Assembly (NCBI GenBank): GCA_035400585.1
Contig: DAOMZR010000001.1
Span: 191,347 to 255,346 of the forward strand
Reading direction: 5' to 3'
Length of the DNA stretch: 64,000 nt
Origin: a bacterium
Lineage (GTDB): Bacteria; Patescibacteriota; Patescibacteriia; Patescibacteriales; UBA12465
In this document: piece by piece, positions 43,437 to 51,000 of the stretch
Numbering within the stretch: the stretch's first letter is position 1
Layout of the letters: each line of letters begins with the position of its first letter
Program-made: the position numbers and the translations under genes
The notes under the pieces: model-generated
The model's database searches: none
Seen by the model: only the letters and a program-made list of their open reading frames with translations
Told to the model about the DNA's origin: nothing

Positions 43437-44764
43437 AAATTACAATCCTAACGCTCTTAATATTTTTTTCTTCTCTGGAAATATCGGCCCAATCAATTGA
43501 TTCCGTTTGGCAAGTTAAAAATTTACCAATAAATTCGGAATTTGATGAATACATGCCCTTTTTAGTGGATACAATTCTAATATTTACTTCCACTAGAAAA
43601 AATTCCCGAGAAGATAAAATTTTTGAGAACACAGAAAAAATATATTATACACCGCTTATTGATACAAGCTTCGGAAAAATAAGAAAATTTACTTACAAGG
43701 CAAATTCGGATGCAAACTCAGCTTTGATTGGTTGCTCTAAAAGTCATTTCTTTTTTTATCGAAGTTATTTTAATAATAACGGTGAGATATTTCTTGCGCC
43801 CAGAAGAGAGATAAACATTAAGATGTTGAAAAAAATTCAAAACATTTTATCCGACAAAGATGAAAATAGTATATCTGTAGTGGAAGATAGTATTTATTTT
43901 ACCAGCAACCGCAACGGAAGCTATGACATCTATCTGCAAACAAAGAAAGAAAAACCAATCCCTTTGGATGTGCTAAATTCAAGTTTTGAAGAACAAGGTG
44001 TTTGGATCTCATCAACAAACAATGAGCTTTATTTTAGCTCTAATCGTGAAGGATCGTTTGATATTTACTGTTCCGATAAAATTGATGGGGCCTGGCAAAT
44101 TCCAAAAAGATTGCCCTTCCCCATTAATACAGAATTTGATGAGCAGGATTTTCGCAAACACAATGATTCAACATTTTTTCTAGCTTCAAATCGTTCTGGT
44201 GGTGTTGGTGGATATGATTTATACAAAATCATGAAAAGCGAAACAAATAAAATCAACACCACTGATACCAGCGAACTAATAATTAAAGAGCCTGAAGAAT
44301 CAACCGACACTACCGTAATCATTATTACCGAACAAGACTCTTTAACTAGCAGAGAACAATTATTGATAGAACTAAAAAAATTAGATCTCATTCCTTTTAG
44401 AGGAGAAATTCAATTGGGTGCGTACAGAAATAATTTAACTTCTGTAAAATTATTTAAAGATTGGTTTGATTGCATCAAAGATCAAAACATTCGCATGGAC
44501 GTTTTTGATGACAAAAAAGAAAAACTTCCTTTAAATAAATTTATAATTGATCAGATTTACACCGACCTAGACTCTGCCCTAAATAAACAAAAAGAAATAA
44601 TAAGAAAGGGTTGTCTACCTACCACGTTTGAAGGAACTCCTTTTATTGCCCTTCTTAGAGCCGATAAAAAGCGTTATGCTATTTTCTGGAAAGAAGAAGA
44701 GTATAAAAATAAAGAAGTTTTCTGGATAACATTGGAAGGAAAAAAAATCTGGCAAAGCAACTAG
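43433..44764 (+). CDS. PD40/TolB-like beta-propeller repeat protein with a SPOR-like C-terminal region (occupies the OmpA-family slot of T9SS type-B cassettes)
   Basis: ATGA start/stop overlap with the PorP-like gene. Signal peptide 'SSLEISAQ'. PD40 repeats 'FTSNRNGSYDIYLQ', 'FSSNREGSFDIYCS' and 'LASNRSGGVGGYDLYK'. C-terminal 'FRGEIQLGAYRN' is SPOR-like (weak). Confidence 0.65.
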   Translation: MKITILTLLIFFSSLEISAQSIDSVWQVKNLPINSEFDEYMPFLVDTILIFTSTRKNSREDKIFENTEKIYYTPLIDTSFGKIRKFTYKANSDANSALIGCSKSHFFFYRSYFNNNGEIFLAPRREINIKMLKKIQNILSDKDENSISVVEDSIYFTSNRNGSYDIYLQTKKEKPIPLDVLNSSFEEQGVWISSTNNELYFSSNREGSFDIYCSDKIDGAWQIPKRLPFPINTEFDEQDFRKHNDSTFFLASNRSGGVGGYDLYKIMKSETNKINTTDTSELIIKEPEESTDTTVIIITEQDSLTSREQLLIELKKLDLIPFRGEIQLGAYRNNLTSVKLFKDWFDCIKDQNIRMDVFDDKKEKLPLNKFIIDQIYTDLDSALNKQKEIIRKGCLPTTFEGTPFIALLRADKKRYAIFWKEEEYKNKEVFWITLEGKKIWQSN

Positions 44765-44798
44765 AAAAAAGCCCCTAAATTTTAGGGGCTCTTTTTTT
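44765..44798. terminator. Bidirectional rho-independent terminator between convergent genes
   Basis: 'aaaaaagcccctaaa-t-tttaggggctcttttttt'. Confidence 0.8.
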
Positions 44799-44823
44799 AT
44801 TATCTTATTTTGTTTATTCTTTA

Positions 44824-45921
44824 TCATTTTAACTTATTTATTTCTTTCGGTTTAAATATACCATCTTCAGTTATAATGCCGGTGATTAAATCAGCCGGGG
44901 TAACATCAAAAACTGGATTAAAAGCTTTAGTACCTTTGGGAGAAATTTCCAACAAAGGATTAAAATTTCTTCCTTGTTTTTTAGACAAATTTCTATTTTC
45001 CCAGAAAGAAGTATGTTTCAAGACTTCGTCACCAGAACGATGCTCTATTTTTATTTCTTTGCCTGTTTTTGTATCAAAATCAATTGTGGCCTTAACGGCA
45101 GCTATATAAAAAGGAATTTTGTACCTTTTAGACATCAAAGCTAAAGGATAAGTCCCGATCTTATTGGCTGTGTCGCCGTTTAAAGCTATTCTATCGGCAC
45201 CGACTATTACCATATCAACCATTTTATTCTCCATTAAAAATCCACTAGCGCTATCAATATTTACTCGATGCTCAATGCCAGATTTATTCATTTCCCAGGC
45301 AGTCAATCTAGCTCCTTGAAGCCAAGGTCTAGTTTCATCAATTAAAACTGATATTTTTTTACCATTTAAAACAGCACTATATATCGGAGCTGTAGCTGTT
45401 CCATACCAAATAGCTGAAAGTGATCCGGCATTACAATGAGTCATGATGCGATAATTGTTTTTAATTAATTTCTCACCGTAAGCTCCTATTTTTAAATTAT
45501 TATTTACTTCGCTCTCTAATAATTTTTTATAAGAATTATAAATATCTTTTTTAATACCACCAACAGTATTTGAATTTATTTCGCTAAGTATTTTATTCAC
45601 AGCCCAAGACAAATTATTGGCTGTTGGACGAGCCTTAATTATTTCTTGAGCTATTTTTTTTAAATAATTTAAAAAATCAAAGGGATTACTTTTTTTGTAG
45701 GCCAAAGAGGCTAAAAAAACACCAGCACCACCAACGGCCCCAATAGCCTGAGCTCCTCGAACATTAAACTCTTTTATAGCTAAAATTGCCTGACTATATT
45801 TTTTAAGTTGAATAAATTTCAGTTTATCGGGCAAATAAACTTGATCAATTATTATTACCCTATCCTTTTTTAACTCGACAGTTAATGGCAAAAGTTTTTG
45901 TAATTGCTTTAAATTTTTCAT
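44824..45921 (-). CDS. eIF-2B alpha/beta/delta-family sugar-phosphate isomerase (5-methylthioribose-1-phosphate isomerase MtnA or ribose-1,5-bisphosphate isomerase)
   Basis: 'VRGAQAIGAVGGAGVFLA', 'CNAGSLS' and 'GADRIALNGDTANKIGTYPLALMSKRYKIPFYIAA'. The annotated start overlaps the upstream gene by 62 nt. Confidence 0.8.
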   Translation of the reverse strand: MKNLKQLQKLLPLTVELKKDRVIIIDQVYLPDKLKFIQLKKYSQAILAIKEFNVRGAQAIGAVGGAGVFLASLAYKKSNPFDFLNYLKKIAQEIIKARPTANNLSWAVNKILSEINSNTVGGIKKDIYNSYKKLLESEVNNNLKIGAYGEKLIKNNYRIMTHCNAGSLSAIWYGTATAPIYSAVLNGKKISVLIDETRPWLQGARLTAWEMNKSGIEHRVNIDSASGFLMENKMVDMVIVGADRIALNGDTANKIGTYPLALMSKRYKIPFYIAAVKATIDFDTKTGKEIKIEHRSGDEVLKHTSFWENRNLSKKQGRNFNPLLEISPKGTKAFNPVFDVTPADLITGIITEDGIFKPKEINKLK

Positions 45922-46474
45922 GATATTTTTGAATTAATTTTAGAGTTGATGAAATATTTTTACCTAAAGCTAAAACCCCATGATTTTGCATTATTAAATA
46001 ATCCCCCTTTTTTGAAGCGTTTTTAATTGCTCTAGCTGATTCCATTGTTCCGTAAGAATATTCTCTAACATAAATAACATTATCTAATTTATCCTTACAA
46101 TTTACAGCCAAAAAATCATGAGAATGCAAAACGCAATTTATATCTGGTCGAGCCTGATAAACACCCCAATGAAGACGAGCTTCAGAACTTGGTTCTTTCT
46201 TTCCATAAACATAAACATCATCACCCTTAAAACCAGAAACTAAAACAAAATCACTCTTTTTTAGTTGATGAGGAAAAGAACCAGTGGTTTTAATAATTAT
46301 TCCCTTTTTAGTTCTAACACTAAAATTACCACCATTATTATCTTTGCAGCCCAATTTAGCCAAATCTTTTCCGGTTTTAATTAGCTTCTCCATTAAACCT
46401 AATTCTTTGGGGCTAGGACTAAAATCACCCTTATAAACAGTTTTAAATTTAGTACCAATATATTTTTCACCCAT
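45860..46474 (-). CDS. Class II aldolase/adducin-family protein (MtnB-type dehydratase or Ald2-type aldolase)
   Basis: 'NGGNFSVRT', 'PSSEARLHWGVY', 'VLHSHDFLAV' and 'MQNHGVLALG' (metal-binding His pattern of class II aldolases). Confidence 0.75.
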   Translation of the reverse strand: MGEKYIGTKFKTVYKGDFSPSPKELGLMEKLIKTGKDLAKLGCKDNNGGNFSVRTKKGIIIKTTGSFPHQLKKSDFVLVSGFKGDDVYVYGKKEPSSEARLHWGVYQARPDINCVLHSHDFLAVNCKDKLDNVIYVREYSYGTMESARAIKNASKKGDYLIMQNHGVLALGKNISSTLKLIQKYHEKFKAITKTFAINCRVKKG

Positions 46475-46478
46475 AAAA

Positions 46479-47255
46479 TTATTTTTTATTTTTTGACATT
46501 AAAACAAATGTTTCCAGCGCTACTAAAGATGCTCTATTTTCCATTTTAACCAAATCACCTTTACCAGATTGCGCCTCCACTGAATATTTAGCAATTTTCT
46601 GTCTAATATTTTTCTCAGCTTCTTGATCAACTACTAATAAGACTACCCCAGCTTTAACACCCTTTATTCTGGCCAAAGTTAAAACAGTTCCAGCTTCCAT
46701 ATCCTGAGCCAAAGTATTAAAATTTTTCCAAAATTCTTTAGTTTCTTTTGTCTTTTTAGAATATAAAGCATCAACCGTCACTGTTGTGCCGGAATAATAT
46801 TTAAACTTTAAAATTTCAGAAGCTTTTTTCATTGTCTGAAAAATATCTGGATCGGCAATTGCTGGATATTGCAAAGGAACATAATCAAGACAAGTATGAT
46901 CTTCTCTAACAACACTGTCGGAAATAATCAAATCACCAATTTTAATTTTGGTTTGATTGGCTCCACAAGAACCAACTCTAATAAAATTTTCCGCACCAAG
47001 AGCAACTAATTCTTCTATGGCAATAGCAGTTGAAGGACCACCAATACCAGTAGAACAAATAGTTATTGGTATGTTTTTATATTTACCAGTAAAAACTCTA
47101 AATTCCCTATTAAAAGAAATTTCCTTACCACCATCTAACAGCTTAGCAATACGCAAAACACGACCAGGATCACCAGGCAAAATCACGTTTTTAGCTATAC
47201 CTCCCTTTTTACATAAAATATGTGGCTGTAAATTATCAAAATTTTTAGCAGGCAT
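46479..47255 (-). CDS. PNP/UDP_1-family nucleoside phosphorylase (uridine/purine/MTA-type)
   Basis: 'LPGDPGRVLRIAKLL', 'CSTGIGGPSTAIAIEELVALGAENFIRVGSCG' and 'DMEAGTVLTLARIKGVKAG'. Confidence 0.8.
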   Translation of the reverse strand: MPAKNFDNLQPHILCKKGGIAKNVILPGDPGRVLRIAKLLDGGKEISFNREFRVFTGKYKNIPITICSTGIGGPSTAIAIEELVALGAENFIRVGSCGANQTKIKIGDLIISDSVVREDHTCLDYVPLQYPAIADPDIFQTMKKASEILKFKYYSGTTVTVDALYSKKTKETKEFWKNFNTLAQDMEAGTVLTLARIKGVKAGVVLLVVDQEAEKNIRQKIAKYSVEAQSGKGDLVKMENRASLVALETFVLMSKNKK

Positions 47256-47346
47256 AAAAAAATAATTAAGTATTAAGACTACTTAATTTTAACACAATTT
47301 CAAAGAAAATGAAAGAAATTATAGTTAAAATTAACAAATAAATGGT

Positions 47347-47375
47347 TTGAAAATAAAAATTTTTAGCGCTATAAT
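47347..47375 (+). promoter_or_regulatory. Candidate sigma-70 promoter, possibly giving a leaderless capA-like mRNA
   Basis: TTGAAA (47347-47352), a 17-nt spacer, then TATAAT (47370-47375). The ATG is at 47382, only 6 nt after the -10 box, with no Shine-Dalgarno sequence. Confidence 0.35.
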
Positions 47376-47381
47376 AAATAT

Positions 47382-48473
47382 ATGAAAAGAAAAAAACTCG
47401 TTTTAATGATTTTTGGTTTTTTGCTATCAATACTTATCTTTTTATTTAGCTTTGAATCAATTAATCAAACTGAAAAACAAAATAAAGATAATAATATTAT
47501 TTTTTTTGGAAAAAAAGATAAAGAAGAAATAATTAAACCAAAAGAAGTGCTAGAAGAAACAAAAAAAATAGAAGAAAACTCTGATTTAAATTTTTTATTT
47601 TTTGGAGATTTAATGCTGGGCCGTCATGTTGGCGAGAAAATAGACATCCACGGGCTTGATTATCTTTTTGAAAAGTTGGAAGTAGAAAAGTTTACCGAAA
47701 AATACGATTTTGTAATGGCCAATCTTGAAGGAGCTACCACTAACGAAGGAAAACATTATAAACCGGACAATCTTTATGACTTCGCTTTCAAACCAGAGAC
47801 AATAAATAATCTAAAAAAATATAACTTCAATATTTTTGCCCTATCAAATAATCACTTATCAGATCAAGGAGAAAAAGGAATCAGTGAAACCTACCAGAAT
47901 TTAAGCGAACTGGGTTTTAACTACTTTGGCTGCAAAGATGGATATTTGTCGTCATCAGAAAATACAGAAATCATCTATAAAGCTAATGAAAATGAAAAAC
48001 AAAAAATACTAAACGAAAATGATTGCTCTTCAATAATAATTGAAACTAAAAATAAAAAAATAGCCTTTTTTTCTTTTAGTATCGTTTACAGTGATATTGA
48101 AGAAAATTTAATATTAAACAAAATAGATCAAATTAAAAAACAAAGCGACTTTTTGATAATTTCGCCTCATTGGGGAGTAGAATATCAAGAAAAAGCCAAC
48201 AAAAAACAAGAAAATTTAGCCAAAAAAATGATAGATTCTGGGGCTGATTTAATTATTGGACACCACCCTCATGTAATCCAAAATTGGGAAATTTATAAAG
48301 AAAAACCGATCTTTTATTCTTTGGGGAATTTTATTTTTGATCAATATTTCTCCCCAGAAACACAAGAAGGGCTAGCCATATCAATCAAGGTAGATAATAA
48401 TAAAATCGACAAAACAATATATAAAATAAAAACAAAAGGAAGCAAAATTGAAGAAATTATAAAAATAGAATAA
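47382..48473 (+). CDS. CapA/PGA_cap-family metallophosphatase-like protein
   Basis: N-terminal TM, then 'FLFFGDLMLGRHV', 'ANLEGATT', 'LSNNHLSDQG', 'SPHWGVEYQ' and 'GHHPHVIQ'. Confidence 0.8.
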   Translation: MKRKKLVLMIFGFLLSILIFLFSFESINQTEKQNKDNNIIFFGKKDKEEIIKPKEVLEETKKIEENSDLNFLFFGDLMLGRHVGEKIDIHGLDYLFEKLEVEKFTEKYDFVMANLEGATTNEGKHYKPDNLYDFAFKPETINNLKKYNFNIFALSNNHLSDQGEKGISETYQNLSELGFNYFGCKDGYLSSSENTEIIYKANENEKQKILNENDCSSIIIETKNKKIAFFSFSIVYSDIEENLILNKIDQIKKQSDFLIISPHWGVEYQEKANKKQENLAKKMIDSGADLIIGHHPHVIQNWEIYKEKPIFYSLGNFIFDQYFSPETQEGLAISIKVDNNKIDKTIYKIKTKGSKIEEIIKIE

Positions 48474-48493
48474 AAAATTTAATAAAAATCAAC

Positions 48494-48525
48494 AAAAAGA
48501 GAGAATCATAAATTCTCTCTTTTAT
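48494..48525. terminator. Bidirectional rho-independent terminator between convergent genes
   Basis: 'aaaaagagagaat-cataa-attctctctttt'. Confidence 0.65.
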
Positions 48526-48551
48526 TATCTTTGTATTTTATCGTCTCGTCT

Positions 48552-49277
48552 TTAGCGGCAAGAATTTAAACATTCTTGTCTAGCTTCAACTCCTTGAATC
48601 ATGTCACAATAAGAACAAACATCAATTTTTTCTCCAACCACTGGTATTTCGGCACTAGGATTGGTAGAATTAGATTGATTTGCTGGTGTTTGAACACTTG
48701 GATTAAAACCATTCATTAAGCTCGATAAATCTTTAAAAGTTTTATCATTTGGTAAATCAAATTTTGAATCATCAACGTTCCATGATTTACATTTAAAATC
48801 AAAAACCTCGTCCATATCAACAGTGTCTTGTTTTATTTCGTCACCAGCTTTATCGTCGGTTTCTCCTTCTTCTAGCTTCATTTTCATACCCTCCTTATTC
48901 ATTAAATCATCCCAAAAATAGTTCCAACCATCTTTTATAATACTAACTGAATTAAATCTCATACCTTGCCCCTTATCAACTGTATTCATTTCTACCCTGA
49001 TTCTTTCCCCTTTGTTGTCAAAATAATAAACAGCGCTCATTGTGGCTTCCTCATTTTCAATTTCAACCGAACACTGTAGTGGTTTCCCCTTTTTAAACAT
49101 ATCAATCACTGAAGAAGAAAAATAAGACTCTTCGTTGTCTAGGCTTTCTTCAACGACATCTGATTTGTTGTCAGAAATCGGCTTGCTAGGTTGATCCTCA
49201 TTTTTTTTGCCACAAGCAGATAAAGAAAAAATCAGAAGCAAAAAAAGCGGTAGTAAATAAACTCGAGAAAATTTCAT
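48552..49277 (-). CDS. Hypothetical lipoprotein
   Basis: Lipobox 'IFSLSACGKK'. Acidic mature protein with a C-terminal Cys cluster, 'CSYCDMIQGVEARQECLNSC'. Confidence 0.55.
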   Translation of the reverse strand: MKFSRVYLLPLFLLLIFSLSACGKKNEDQPSKPISDNKSDVVEESLDNEESYFSSSVIDMFKKGKPLQCSVEIENEEATMSAVYYFDNKGERIRVEMNTVDKGQGMRFNSVSIIKDGWNYFWDDLMNKEGMKMKLEEGETDDKAGDEIKQDTVDMDEVFDFKCKSWNVDDSKFDLPNDKTFKDLSSLMNGFNPSVQTPANQSNSTNPSAEIPVVGEKIDVCSYCDMIQGVEARQECLNSCR

Positions 49278-49387
49278 AATAATTATTATTAATTATTTTT
49301 TTAAAAAAAATAATTAAAATTTAATAATAATCTTTAGTAAAATAATAGCAAAAAAATTGATGTTTTACAAATAAAAATAATTACTAA

Positions 49388-50452
49388 TTATTTTTTATTC
49401 TCACTAATTATCTTATAATACAAATCCTCGTAAGAATTAACCATTTTTTCCAAAGAAAAAAACTTTTTTGCTCTTTCTAAACAATCCTCTTTTTTGATGT
49501 TTTTGACTAACTTTAAAGCTTTTAACATCTCGTTAAAATCCTTTACAACATAACCGGTTTTACCATTAACCACTAGTTCCCTAATAGCTCCTTGATCATA
49601 AGCCACAACTGGCACGCCAGAAGCCATAGCTTCTAAAAAGGTATTACCAAAAGCTTCGATTATTCTGTTTGGTTGTATCAAACAAAAAGCATTGCTTAGT
49701 AATTCCTTCTTTTTCTTCCCCAAAACTTCTCCTTGATAAATAATTTGCTTACCATCAATAAAAGGAAAAACATTCTTATCTAAAAAATATTTATCAGCTT
49801 CTGATATTTTGCCAGCTAGAACCAATTTCATTTTTAATCTTTTGGCTATTTTAATAGCCGTATCAACTCCTTTCTGAGGACTTAATCTGGCTAAAAACAA
49901 AAGATAATCTCCTGAATTTCTTTGTTGAATAAAGCTATCAGAATCAAGACCATTATAAACAATTTCTCGCCAATTTAAAAACGGTAATAATTTCTTAAGA
50001 GATTTAGAAATACCAACATAATTAAGATGCTTATATTTTTTTAATAATTCTCTTTCTTGTTCGAAAAACTCCCCATATCTAATAGAGTGAATTGAGGGCG
50101 TCTTTACTAAATCGGCAAAAATAACACTTTTCTGTTCAACTGCACAGTGAATAATATCAAAATCTTTAGCTCTTCTAAAAGCTTCGGCTATATTTTGATA
50201 TTCATGAACCTCAGAATAATCATTTTTATAATAAGTTTTTCTCACAGATATCAATTTTTGGGCTTTAGTTTTAGAATCACCGGTGGCAAATAAAGTAACT
50301 TGATGTCCTTTATCAACCAAACCATTTACCAAATAACCAATAGAAGAACCGGTACCGCCACGAGAATCAGGTGTTGTTTCTTCCCAAAGTTTAGAAATAA
50401 TAGCTATCTTCAATTTTTTTTTCATAAAAATATTATATTTATATATTAACAA
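49388..50452 (-). CDS. Glycosyltransferase family 4 (GT-B)
   Basis: 'GGTGSSIGYLVNGLVDKGHQVTLF', 'ARLSPQKGVD' and 'FGNTFLEAMASGVPVVAYDQGAIRELV'. The likely start is the Met at 50425 ('MKKKLKIAIIS'). Confidence 0.85.
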   Translation of the reverse strand: MLIYKYNIFMKKKLKIAIISKLWEETTPDSRGGTGSSIGYLVNGLVDKGHQVTLFATGDSKTKAQKLISVRKTYYKNDYSEVHEYQNIAEAFRRAKDFDIIHCAVEQKSVIFADLVKTPSIHSIRYGEFFEQERELLKKYKHLNYVGISKSLKKLLPFLNWREIVYNGLDSDSFIQQRNSGDYLLFLARLSPQKGVDTAIKIAKRLKMKLVLAGKISEADKYFLDKNVFPFIDGKQIIYQGEVLGKKKKELLSNAFCLIQPNRIIEAFGNTFLEAMASGVPVVAYDQGAIRELVVNGKTGYVVKDFNEMLKALKLVKNIKKEDCLERAKKFFSLEKMVNSYEDLYYKIISENKK

Positions 50453-50471
50453 TAATAAAATTCATTGTAAA

Positions 50472-50502
50472 CAAAAAAAGCCAAAGATGTTATCTTCGGC
50501 TC
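50472..50502 (-). terminator. Rho-independent terminator after the 140-aa hypothetical gene
   Basis: Minus strand: AGCCGAAGA-UAACA-UCUUUGGCU + UUUUUUUG. Confidence 0.65.
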
Positions 50503-50530
50503 TAACCCTAAAACTCAATCATCGAGAAAA

Positions 50531-50953
50531 CTAAACCTCAATAGAGGTTGCGGTTACCTTAACAATATTTTTGTTAATGTCTTTTTTGGAAACGACCCTG
50601 GAAATCGTTTTTATTTTATATTTTATTTCCTTGGGAAAAACTTTTCCTGTCAGCTCTCCAACATCGATAATAATTGAAAAAACCTTGGGATCTAGTAAAA
50701 AAGCCTCGAAGCACTTGAAAAATTGATCGGTAATGAAGATTGGGCAAGGATCAGCATTTTGAATATCCTTAAAAAAATCTTCACCGAACTTAAAAGCGTT
50801 AACCAAATATCCATCCTCTTTCTTACCGTTAATTTTCAATTTAATTTTTTCCAAAAGCTGATTATTGGTTTTAGAAAGAAGGTTTTGGCCTTCAAGTAAC
50901 ATGTCGTCTATAACACTTTTACTTGGACATAAAAATTTTTCTTCCATTATCAA
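50531..50953 (-). CDS. Hypothetical protein (140 aa)
   Basis: Intact ORF with its own terminator. No family recognised. Confidence 0.45.
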   Translation of the reverse strand: MIMEEKFLCPSKSVIDDMLLEGQNLLSKTNNQLLEKIKLKINGKKEDGYLVNAFKFGEDFFKDIQNADPCPIFITDQFFKCFEAFLLDPKVFSIIIDVGELTGKVFPKEIKYKIKTISRVVSKKDINKNIVKVTATSIEV

Positions 50954-51000
50954 TTTGTTTTAAATGTTGTGAAACTACTAACTAAACTCTATCAAAAAAA

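Noticed and set aside
40915-44764. A compositional (G+C) anomaly as independent support for horizontal transfer of the T9SS-type cassette.
   Set aside because: My hand counts of 60-nt samples gave 32-42% inside the cassette and 32-40% in core genes such as serS and uvrA. No difference can be claimed without a proper computation.
588-47265. The remaining short ORFs of 60-108 aa in the six-frame track that overlap annotated genes. They are mostly on the opposite strand (e.g. 588-851, 1802-1993, 2294-2605, 3498-3710, 4904-5110). Further examples are 9431-9954, 13339-14538, 25509-26339, 38113-38742, 43369-44827, 44810-45109 and 46957-47265. A few lie on the same strand in another frame (e.g. 37201-37434 in uvrA, 43986-44183).
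   Set aside because: Each lies entirely inside a longer ORF with clear family motifs. Each has low-complexity F/L/I/S/K-rich translations typical of off-frame or antisense reading in AT-rich DNA. None shows a recognisable motif.
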